DNA of 64,000 nt from Armatimonadota bacterium (lineage in GTDB: Bacteria; Armatimonadota; UBA5829; DTLH01), in NCBI GenBank assembly GCA_038207085.1, contig JBBRAE010000005.1, positions 20,181 through 84,180 on the forward strand, read 5' to 3'. A program made the position numbers and the translations under genes. Below the pieces are notes generated by a model. That model had not been told where the DNA came from, searched no databases, and saw only the letters and a list, made by a program, of their open reading frames with translations. Every line of letters starts with the position of its first letter. Within the stretch, counting starts at the first letter, position 1. Shown here piece by piece: positions 54,181 through 62,573 of this stretch.

Positions 54181-55902
54181 CTACGCGCCGGTTCCCTCCG
54201 TCCTAATATCACGGAGCATGAGCTGGAGATTGTCATATCCGTTATATGAATTCGACCTGATATTGTAACACAAATCGATGGACCGGCCAAGCTGAACCGA
54301 CGGCTGGCGCGGCCCCATACCAAAGCCTATACAGTCAAGTCTATCCGAGTGCACCCGCACCTTCATCTTGAGGTGAGCTCCCTCGCCTCCGACCCTGCCG
54401 GTGTCGATCACCTCTATCCCGGAGCTGCAGAACACAGGCTCGGGGTTGCCGCTGCCAAAGGGCTCCAGGCGGTTGATCTCGCGGAGCAGTTCCCAGGAGA
54501 TTTCGGTCGGGTCAAGCTCCCCTTCGACAGTGATCCTTGGGATCATGTCCTCGGGCTTGATGATCTCGGTTGCGATTTTGTTTAGTTTCTCTTCAAATTC
54601 CGTCAGGTTGTCGGTGCTAAGCGAGAGCCCCGCCGCAAGCGCGTGACCACCGGAGCGTCTAAGGAGGTCCTTGCACTGGTTCAGCGCGTCGATCATATTG
54701 AAGGCTTCGATGCTTCTGCCTGACCCGTGCGCCGTCCCGTCCTCTTCGTTCACCGTAAGGAGAATCGCGGGCCGGCTGTAGCGCTCGACCACCTTGCTTG
54801 CGACGATCCCGACGACCCCTGAGTGCCAGTCGCTTGCCGCAAGGACGATCGCCTTGTAGAAGTCGAGGTCCTTGTTCTCCATCTTGGCATCGACCGACTG
54901 CAATATCTTCGCCTGCTCCGCCTGTCGCTCTATGTTTCGCTGTTCGAGCACCTCGGCAAGCGTATCAGCCTCTTCCCGGTCGTAGGTGAGCATAAGCTGA
55001 AGCGCAATCGCAGCATCATCCATGCGCCCTACGGCGTTGATTCTCGGGGCGAGCACGAAACCTACGTGGTAGGTGGTGATCGGCTTGCCTTCCAGGCCGT
55101 TACGGGCGATCATCGCCTGAATACCGACCTTTTTGCTCTTGGCGAGCGCCTGAAGTCCGTATTTGACGATCACACGGTTCTCACCAACCAGAGGGCTAAC
55201 GTCCGCAATAGTGCCAAGCGCCGCAAGGTCGATAAATGCCTCCAGGAACTTGGCTTCGTCGTGCCCCATCCGCCGCACCAGCGCCTGGGCGAACTTCATC
55301 GCAACACCGACTCCGGCAAGGTGCGGGAACGGGTAGGTGGAGTCATGCCGCATGGGGTTGACGACGGCAATGGCGCGGGGCAGATCGTCGCCCTGCTCGT
55401 GGTGGTCTGTGACGACCATGTCGATCCCGAGCGACTGCGCGTGCTCGATAGTCTCGCAGGCCTTGACGCCGCAGTCGGCGGTGATGATCAGCGTCGCGCC
55501 TTCGGCCTTGGCCTCGTCAGCATTGTAGGGTTTGATGTCGTAGCCGTCGCGTTTTCTGTGAGGGACGCGGCAGAGGACGTTTCCACCGAGCCGCTTAAGC
55601 GATCGAATCAAAAGCGCGGCGCTCGTCACCCCGTCTACGTCGTAGTCCCCGTGGACCAGAATCTTTTCACCGGCTTCAAGTGCCCGGGCGACCCGCTCTA
55701 TTCCGGCCTCCATATCAGGCAGAAGCATGGGGTCGTGGAGTTGGTCGAGAGAAGGGGAGAGAAACGCGGCAACGGCTTCGGCGGTGGTAATCTTTCGATT
55801 GATAAGAATCCGCGCCACCGTCTCAGAAACCCGCGCCTCGCGCGCCAGATTTTGCACCTCAGCCTGATCGAACTTAGGCAAAATCCACAAAACGTTAGCC
55901 AT
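54181..55902 (-). CDS. recJ: Single-stranded-DNA-specific exonuclease RecJ
   Basis: DHH (..VHGDYDVDGVTS..) and DHHA1 domains; 573 aa. Confidence 0.9.
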   Translation of the reverse strand: MANVLWILPKFDQAEVQNLAREARVSETVARILINRKITTAEAVAAFLSPSLDQLHDPMLLPDMEAGIERVARALEAGEKILVHGDYDVDGVTSAALLIRSLKRLGGNVLCRVPHRKRDGYDIKPYNADEAKAEGATLIITADCGVKACETIEHAQSLGIDMVVTDHHEQGDDLPRAIAVVNPMRHDSTYPFPHLAGVGVAMKFAQALVRRMGHDEAKFLEAFIDLAALGTIADVSPLVGENRVIVKYGLQALAKSKKVGIQAMIARNGLEGKPITTYHVGFVLAPRINAVGRMDDAAIALQLMLTYDREEADTLAEVLEQRNIERQAEQAKILQSVDAKMENKDLDFYKAIVLAASDWHSGVVGIVASKVVERYSRPAILLTVNEEDGTAHGSGRSIEAFNMIDALNQCKDLLRRSGGHALAAGLSLSTDNLTEFEEKLNKIATEIIKPEDMIPRITVEGELDPTEISWELLREINRLEPFGSGNPEPVFCSSGIEVIDTGRVGGEGAHLKMKVRVHSDRLDCIGFGMGPRQPSVQLGRSIDLCYNIRSNSYNGYDNLQLMLRDIRTEGTGA

Positions 55903-55927
55903 TGTCCTCTTCCCGATTGGTCACCCA

Positions 55928-55977
55928 TCAATCAAAAAGTGCCTGTGGGGCTTACCGCAAAGCGCGTGCCCACAGGC
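55928..55977 (-). terminator. Intrinsic terminator after secDF (minus strand)
   Basis: The minus strand reads GCCUGUGGG-(19-nt loop)-CCCACAGGC followed by ACUUUUUGAUUG. Confidence 0.5.
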
Positions 55978-56054
55978 CCTTTATTCTCTATTATCTATAC
56001 GGTTCCGTGCAGAAATCAATCACAAACTGAGCAATCTAAGCCCAATCTGAAATC

Positions 56055-58838
56055 CTAGAACCGTCTTTTCTTTCTCTTCGGCTTGACCTTGGTCTTGTCG
56101 TCGTCTACGTCAACCCCACCGCCGCCGTTGCTCGGCGCGGGCGCGGAGACCTTGACTTCGGATGCGGTGACAAGCGCCTTGTCCTCAGCCACTCGTCGCT
56201 GTGCTGTTGTGCCACCCTTGCGGCGGTTGGCGATATTCTCCCAAACCACCAGAAGCGGTGTCGCGTTAAAGATCGACGAGTAGGTTCCACTGATGATACC
56301 CACGAGCAAGGCGATATACAGATGCTTGATCGAGAGCCCGCCGCCACCAAACACGGTCAGCGCCACAATCGTCAGAAGAACGGTCACGGACGTGTTTATC
56401 GACCGGGTGAAGGTCTGCAGGATGCTCTTGTTCGCGAGCGTCTCGAAGTCCTCACCACGCACTCTGTGCTTCAGGTTCTCACGGATCCGGTCAAAGACGA
56501 CGATGGTGTCGTGCGTCGAGAAACCGATCATTGTAAGGACCGCAGTCACAAACAGCGTGTCGATCTCCCAGCCCCACAAGTAACCTGCCGCCGCAAATAG
56601 TCCTGTGATAACAAGCACGTCGTGCAGCGTAGCCGCTATTGCGCAGATACCATACTTCAGTCCATCAGCAAATCCGCCGACAGCAAACCTGATCGTAAGA
56701 TAAAGCACGATTGCAATCGCTGCAAGGATAACCGCGAAGATTGCCTTCTGGGTAAGCTCTTTGCTGATGGTCGCGCCAACGCTCGACGAAGAGACCTTGG
56801 CCATTCCATACTTGGCCTCCAAGGCGTCTACGATCTTGTCTCTATCAACGTCGATGCTCTTCAGCTGATCGGTGCGGATGAACGCAGTGATCGGCTTGCC
56901 CGCACCCTGAGAGATCTGAGCGGTATTTTTGACGCCCAGACCCTCGATCACGTCGGAGACTTCGCCTGCCCGAATATCCCTGGGAGTGTTGAGCTCCACA
57001 TTGAAATCGGTAAGCGAATTGCCGGTAAGCTTGGTCGAAAGCGCCTTCTTGATCGAATCAATCTGCGCCTGATCGTTCTTGCCAAGAGCCGCGGTGATCG
57101 TTGCCGTGTCACCTGCGACCTCGACCTTGTTTGTGATCTCTGAGCTGTTCGGGTCGGCGGACGTCACGAGATTCTCAAGCTGAGCCTGAGGAATGTCGAT
57201 CGGCTTTGCGAACTTGGCTTCCATCCGAGCGCTCTCGAAGGTCATCTCAATCGTCGTTCCCGGCTTGAACTCGATACCGGGCTTCAGTCCGTGGCCGGTC
57301 TTCACAAAGTTCAGCCCGTAGAAGATAAGTCCCGGAATGATTACAATCGCGGACAGCGCGAAGTATGCATTTCTGCGGCCAACAACGTTCAGCCCGCTTC
57401 TTGTGAACCAGGAAGCTCCGAGCCCGAACATATTCGGGTTCTGCGCCCAGGGCAGACTGACCACAAGGTGCAGGAACGATCTGGTCACGAGAATCGCCGT
57501 GAACATACTGACAAGAACACCGATCACGAGTGTAAAGGCGAAGCTCTGCACTGTGCCGGTCCCGATCTTCATCAGGATGAGCGCGGTGATGATCGTGCAC
57601 ATATTGGAGTCGAAGATCGCTGTGAACGCCCTTGAGAACCCGGCGTCGATCGCCGCATGAAGCGTCTTGCCACTCCGAAGCTCTTCTTTAAGTCGCTCAA
57701 ATATAAGGACGTTGGCGTCGACCGCCATACCGATCGACAGAACAAACGCCGCAAGACCCGCAAGCGTCATCGTAACGCCGAGCGCAGTAAACGCAGCCCA
57801 CGTGAGCAGCGCATAGATCACAAGCGCGACGTCAGCCAAAAGTCCCGGCAGCCGGTAGACAACCAGCATAAAGATCATAACCAGCGCGAAGCCGATCAGA
57901 CCGGCAAGCTTTGCCTGTTTTACGGTGTCTTTGCCGAGCGTAGCCTCAACGTCGTCAAGCTGGACGATTGTGAGCTGCACGGGAAGTGCGCCACTGTTCA
58001 GTAGCTGAGCCTTCTGCTGAGCGTCCTCAAGGTTTGAGAACCCGGTGATCTGACCCTTGCCGTCGGGGATAACCGACTGGACTCTCGGCGCGGTAACAAT
58101 TGTGTTACCAATGAGAATAGCCGTGGCCTCACCGATATGGCGCTGTGTGAACTCGCGGAAGTTCTCTGCGCCCTTGTTATTCAGCTCAAAGCGAATAACG
58201 GCCTGTGAACCGTTCTCGAAGTCGCCCACGGCGTTCGGTTTGAGGTCGTCGCCCGTGACGATCGGGGACTGCCCGTCGGGGTTAGTCTTGCTTTTCGCAT
58301 CGATAACCTCGTCGAGAATCTTCTGCATTCCCTCAGGGGTATTGCTTTTGACGATCTCCTTGGAGACGGTGTTCTCGAAGGCATAGACATCCATTCCGGT
58401 CTTCTCATCTGCCTGCGGCTCAAGCATGAGCCACGGAGCGGAAGGGTTGCGGTCGGAGCGGACATCCTTCAGGTAGTAGATCTCGAGCTTGGCTGTGTCC
58501 TTGATCTGATCAAGCGCCTGCTGTTTGTTCTTCAGGCCAGGAAGCTCAACCAGAACGCGGTCATCGCCCTGCCTCGAAATCTGAGGCTCGGCAACGCCAA
58601 AGTTACCCTCAACTCTGGTCCTAATGGTGCGGATGACGGCGTTCATCTTATCGGCCTTGGCTTCAGGCGAAAGAATCTGCCCCTTGGCATCCTTCAGGTC
58701 ATCGGGGTTAGCTTGCAGTACAACGCGCATACCGCCCGCCAAGTCGAGCCCTTCGCGCATCTTCACCTTAGCGACGACAACCGAGGCACCGATGATAAGG
58801 GCAATGGTGAGCAGTAAATACTTATGGTATTTCGACAC
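56055..58838 (-). CDS. secDF: Protein translocase SecD-SecF fusion protein
   Basis: SecD periplasmic domain plus 6 TM, then the SecF domain. Start chosen at the GTG (VSKYHKYLLLTIALIIGASVVV) because GGGAGGA lies 7 nt upstream. The ATG at 58934 is the alternative. Confidence 0.85.
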   Translation of the reverse strand: MSKYHKYLLLTIALIIGASVVVAKVKMREGLDLAGGMRVVLQANPDDLKDAKGQILSPEAKADKMNAVIRTIRTRVEGNFGVAEPQISRQGDDRVLVELPGLKNKQQALDQIKDTAKLEIYYLKDVRSDRNPSAPWLMLEPQADEKTGMDVYAFENTVSKEIVKSNTPEGMQKILDEVIDAKSKTNPDGQSPIVTGDDLKPNAVGDFENGSQAVIRFELNNKGAENFREFTQRHIGEATAILIGNTIVTAPRVQSVIPDGKGQITGFSNLEDAQQKAQLLNSGALPVQLTIVQLDDVEATLGKDTVKQAKLAGLIGFALVMIFMLVVYRLPGLLADVALVIYALLTWAAFTALGVTMTLAGLAAFVLSIGMAVDANVLIFERLKEELRSGKTLHAAIDAGFSRAFTAIFDSNMCTIITALILMKIGTGTVQSFAFTLVIGVLVSMFTAILVTRSFLHLVVSLPWAQNPNMFGLGASWFTRSGLNVVGRRNAYFALSAIVIIPGLIFYGLNFVKTGHGLKPGIEFKPGTTIEMTFESARMEAKFAKPIDIPQAQLENLVTSADPNSSEITNKVEVAGDTATITAALGKNDQAQIDSIKKALSTKLTGNSLTDFNVELNTPRDIRAGEVSDVIEGLGVKNTAQISQGAGKPITAFIRTDQLKSIDVDRDKIVDALEAKYGMAKVSSSSVGATISKELTQKAIFAVILAAIAIVLYLTIRFAVGGFADGLKYGICAIAATLHDVLVITGLFAAAGYLWGWEIDTLFVTAVLTMIGFSTHDTIVVFDRIRENLKHRVRGEDFETLANKSILQTFTRSINTSVTVLLTIVALTVFGGGGLSIKHLYIALLVGIISGTYSSIFNATPLLVVWENIANRRKGGTTAQRRVAEDKALVTASEVKVSAPAPSNGGGGVDVDDDKTKVKPKRKKRRF

Positions 58839-59302
58839 TCTGGAATCCTCCCAAACGTATGATGGCTGGCACTCCCCATAGGTTCCCAGCCCACGACGTG
58901 AGCAAATACCTACAGATGAATATATACAGGTCATTATATTCGGTTAAGATCACCATGTCAACATTCGCTCACAGTTATAGAGCGATATTTGAACCGGCTA
59001 TCTTTCCGACAATCCAGCTTCTACCAATCTATACGCAACCTCAGCCACAACTGTTACAGGAAACTATGGAGTGCGGCGAGCAATCGCCGCTTTGTTCTCG
59101 GCCAACAGCAAGGTGCGCAAGCGCCATATTATCACCAGCTGGGAGATTTGTGAAAGCGGCTCTCGCAAGCCGCACTCCAAATCAAGATTGACGACTGCCG
59201 ACAGTGCCTATATGCTCCCACACAAATCCCAAAATCGATTCATTTGCTCATCAGTTGCCTTCTATGGTAGAATTCAGTGAGAATAATCGCCCTATATAAA
59301 GG

Positions 59303-60214
59303 ATGGGCTTACAAGATATGCCGCTAGTAGTCGGCGTCAGCTTCCGTAAGATCGGAAAGGTTTATTATTTCGATCCCGGAGAGCTCGCGCTTAATGAAGG
59401 GGATTTCGTAATAGCCGAAACGGCCCGTGGGATCGAGTTCGGCGAGATTATGATGGCGCCGCGTGAGGTGCCCGAGCATGAACTCGTCGCGCCTTTGAAG
59501 CGTGTCGTGCGCGTGGCTACGGGTGATGACCTCGACCGCGCCGGGTCCAACCGCGACAACGAGAAGCGCGCGCACTCCGTCTGCCACAGAAAAATCGCAG
59601 AGCACGGGCTTCCGATGAAGCTGCTCGATGCCGAGTACAGCTTCGACAGCAGCCAGGTGACGTTCAGCTTCTCCGCCGAGGGCCGAGTCGACTTCCGCGA
59701 GCTTGTAAAAGACCTCGCAGGGGCTTTGAAGACCAAGGTCCAGCTCCACCAGATCGGCGTGCGCGACGAAGCCAAGCTGATCGGCGGTTACGGCACGTGC
59801 GGACGAGAGCTCTGTTGCGCGAGTTTTCTGTCCAGTTTTGACCCCATCTCGATGAAGATGGCCAAGGACCAGAGCCTGTTCCTGAACCCGGCCAAGTTCT
59901 CGGGCGTCTGCGGCAAACTTATGTGCTGCCTGCGCTACGAGCACGAGTTCTACAAATACGCGCGTGAACACCTGCCCGCGGTAGGAGCGATCATTCCAAC
60001 CGAGAACGGAAACGGTCGGCTTCTTGAGGTAAATGTGGTCTCAGGGATGATGATGGTCGAGATGGAAGGCGGCGTGATCGTCAATGTCTCCGCCAAGGAC
60101 CTGAAGCTCGGTGGATGCTGCCGCAAGCACGGCGTCGGCTGCAACATGTCCCAGCAGAACTGCAAGCCGATTGTCGTCGATGAGCCCGAGCACGAAAAGG
60201 AACAGAGTAGCTAG
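59303..60214 (+). CDS. ricT: PSP1 C-terminal-domain protein (RicT/YaaT-family regulator)
   Basis: ..VVGVSFRKIGKVYYFDP.. N-terminus like YaaT. Cys-rich C-terminus. The start may be the ATG at 59318. Confidence 0.75.
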   Translation: MGLQDMPLVVGVSFRKIGKVYYFDPGELALNEGDFVIAETARGIEFGEIMMAPREVPEHELVAPLKRVVRVATGDDLDRAGSNRDNEKRAHSVCHRKIAEHGLPMKLLDAEYSFDSSQVTFSFSAEGRVDFRELVKDLAGALKTKVQLHQIGVRDEAKLIGGYGTCGRELCCASFLSSFDPISMKMAKDQSLFLNPAKFSGVCGKLMCCLRYEHEFYKYAREHLPAVGAIIPTENGNGRLLEVNVVSGMMMVEMEGGVIVNVSAKDLKLGGCCRKHGVGCNMSQQNCKPIVVDEPEHEKEQSS

Positions 60215-60249
60215 TAGCCAGTCGCAAGTGACTTATTGAATGAATAACA

Positions 60250-60474
60250 ATGCCTATTTACGAGTTTCGCTGCACAAGTTGCCAAAAGAAGTTTGAAAAG
60301 CTCTGCCGGATGGGACAAAAAGACGGTGTAACCTGCCCGGACTGCGGGTCTGGCACGTCGCCCTTGTTCTCGACGTTCGCCTCAGTAATCGCGGGCGAAT
60401 CGTCGTCAGGAAGCTCCTGCGCCGGCTGCGCAAGCGGCCAGTGCGGCAGCTGCAACTGTGGGCATCATCATTAG
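60250..60474 (+). CDS. FmdB-family zinc-ribbon protein
   Basis: MPIYEFRCTSCQKKFEKL....VTCPDCGS is the CxxC..CxxC FmdB-family signature, with a Cys/Ser-rich tail. Confidence 0.7.
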   Translation: MPIYEFRCTSCQKKFEKLCRMGQKDGVTCPDCGSGTSPLFSTFASVIAGESSSGSSCAGCASGQCGSCNCGHHH

Positions 60475-60503
60475 CTGTTAGCTGTTAGCTGTTAGCTGTT
60501 AGC
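60472..60503 (+). repeat. Tandem heptad repeat (TAGCTGT) x4.5 beginning at the FmdB stop codon
   Basis: tagctgttagctgttagctgttagctgttagc. With a 7-nt period, TAG falls in all three frames. Confidence 0.7.
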
Positions 60504-60610
60504 AAAACCACCATATCTGGAAGTCGTCTGCTAAGAGCTAAATACTAATAGCTAACGGCTCCTTATCACACGGCGGGTACTCCCCGCCCATTTTTATGTA
60601 AGGGAGCCGT

Positions 60611-62572
60611 ATGGAAGACAAAGTCTTTTATATCACAACGCCGATCTACTACGTAAACGACGTTCCCCACATTGGGAACGCCTACACGACGATGATCTCG
60701 GACATCGTCGCCCGCTTCCAGAGGCTAGAGCGGCGCGAAGTGCTCTTTGTCACCGGCACCGATGAAAACGCGACCAAAGTAGCCGAAGCGGCAGCCGCTG
60801 AAGGGCTCGGCGCGCAGGAGTTCGTCGACCGGATCGCCCCCAAGTTCAAAGACGTCTGGAGCGATCTTGAGATCACCTACAGCGACTTTATCCGAACGAC
60901 AGAACCCCGGCACATCGCAATCGTCCAGGAAGCGTTCAAAAGGCTCCTTGCCACAGGCGATATATACAAAGGAACCTACGAAGGCTGGTACTGCACTCCC
61001 GACGAGACGTTTTTCCGCGAATCAGAAGTGACCGACGGCCTCTGCCCCAATCCCGAATGCCGAAGACCCGTGCAATGGGTGACTGAAGAGAACTACTACT
61101 TCAAGCTCAGCGCCTACCAGGACAGGCTGCTCGACTGGATCGAGACCCATCCAGAGTTCCTGCAGCCGGAGTTCAGGAAAAACGAGGTCGTCAGCTTCAT
61201 CAAGCAGGGCCTCCACGATGTATCGATCAGCCGCGACAACAAGGGATGGGGCATCCCCGTCCCCGGCGACGAGAGCAAGGTCATCTACGTCTGGTTCGAT
61301 GCGCTCCTGAATTACCTCACCGCCGCCGGATGGCTTTCCGACGAGGAACGCTTTGCGCGCACCTGGCCCGCCGATCTGCAGCTTATGGGCAAGGACATAT
61401 TCGTCCGCTTCCACTGCACCTTCTGGCCCGCGATGCTGATGGGCCTCGGCCTGCCGCTTCCCAAAACGCTCTTTGGGCACGGTTTCTGGTCCATTGAAGG
61501 GCAGAAGATTTCAAAATCCAAGGGCAACGCTATCTCACCCGCCAAGCTCGCCTCGGACCTCTCCGAGCAGTCGGGCGCAAAGCAGCAGGTTTCGGTGGAT
61601 GCTATTCGCTACTTTGTCGCGCGCGAAGTGCCGTTTGGAGTCGACGCCGACTTCTCACAGAAGTCGCTGGTCGGACGCTTCAACGCCGACCTCGCAAACG
61701 ACCTCGGAAACCTCTTGAACCGCACGCTTTCGATGCTGAACAACTACTTCGGCGGCATGGTCCCCGAGCCAAAGGATGTCGCAGGCGAGATGATGAACCT
61801 CGTGCGCACTTCAGCCGACGAGGCCGCCCAGTCGTTTGCCGCGCTTGAGTTCACCAAGGGGCTTGAAGCGATCTGGCGAGCGATCAGCGCGGGGAACCGT
61901 TACATCGACGAGCAAGCACCGTGGAAAGCCATGAAAGAAGGCCGACAGGACGACGCGGCGACGACGCTCTACACCGTCCTTGAGCTCGCGCGCGCGGTGG
62001 CGGTTATGGTATCGCCGGTTATGCCCTCGGCCTCCCGAGAGATTTGGGCGCAGCTTGGAAACCCGAGCGACTTCGACGCGCTCACATGGGAGGACGCGAC
62101 CCAGTGGGGACTCCTTCCCCCGGGCACAAAAACCACCGGCCCGCAGCCGATTTTTCCTAGAATTGACGACAAACAGAGACAGAAAGAGGCAAAGAAAGTG
62201 GAACAGCCAGCACAGCCGCAGGCAGTCGAAGAGACGACGCCTGTCACACCAAAGATCAGCTACGACGACTTCGCGAAGCTTGAGATCATAGTCGCCGAGA
62301 TAAAGACCGCGGAGCGCGTCGAGGGAGCTGACAAGCTCCTGCGCCTTATGGTCGACGACGGCCAGGGCGAACGCCAGGTGGTCGCGGGAATCGCGCTTTG
62401 GTATGAGCCGGAGACGCTTGTCGGCAAAAAAGTCGCGCTGCTTGCGAACCTGAAACCCGCCAAGATCCGCGGGGTGGAGTCAAACGGCATGCTGCTCGCG
62501 GCCGACATCGAGGGCCGCGCGGTTCTTCTTTCCCCCGAGGCGGACGTTCCCGCCGGATCAAAAGTGAGGTAA
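60611..62572 (+). CDS. metG: Methionine--tRNA ligase with C-terminal tRNA-binding (EMAP/MetG-C) domain
   Basis: ..PIYYVNDVPHIGNAYTT.. (HIGH). KISKS motif (KISKSKGN). C-terminal ..KLEIIVAEIKTAERVEGADKLLRL... domain. Confidence 0.9.
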   Translation: MEDKVFYITTPIYYVNDVPHIGNAYTTMISDIVARFQRLERREVLFVTGTDENATKVAEAAAAEGLGAQEFVDRIAPKFKDVWSDLEITYSDFIRTTEPRHIAIVQEAFKRLLATGDIYKGTYEGWYCTPDETFFRESEVTDGLCPNPECRRPVQWVTEENYYFKLSAYQDRLLDWIETHPEFLQPEFRKNEVVSFIKQGLHDVSISRDNKGWGIPVPGDESKVIYVWFDALLNYLTAAGWLSDEERFARTWPADLQLMGKDIFVRFHCTFWPAMLMGLGLPLPKTLFGHGFWSIEGQKISKSKGNAISPAKLASDLSEQSGAKQQVSVDAIRYFVAREVPFGVDADFSQKSLVGRFNADLANDLGNLLNRTLSMLNNYFGGMVPEPKDVAGEMMNLVRTSADEAAQSFAALEFTKGLEAIWRAISAGNRYIDEQAPWKAMKEGRQDDAATTLYTVLELARAVAVMVSPVMPSASREIWAQLGNPSDFDALTWEDATQWGLLPPGTKTTGPQPIFPRIDDKQRQKEAKKVEQPAQPQAVEETTPVTPKISYDDFAKLEIIVAEIKTAERVEGADKLLRLMVDDGQGERQVVAGIALWYEPETLVGKKVALLANLKPAKIRGVESNGMLLAADIEGRAVLLSPEADVPAGSKVR

Positions 62573-62573
62573 C

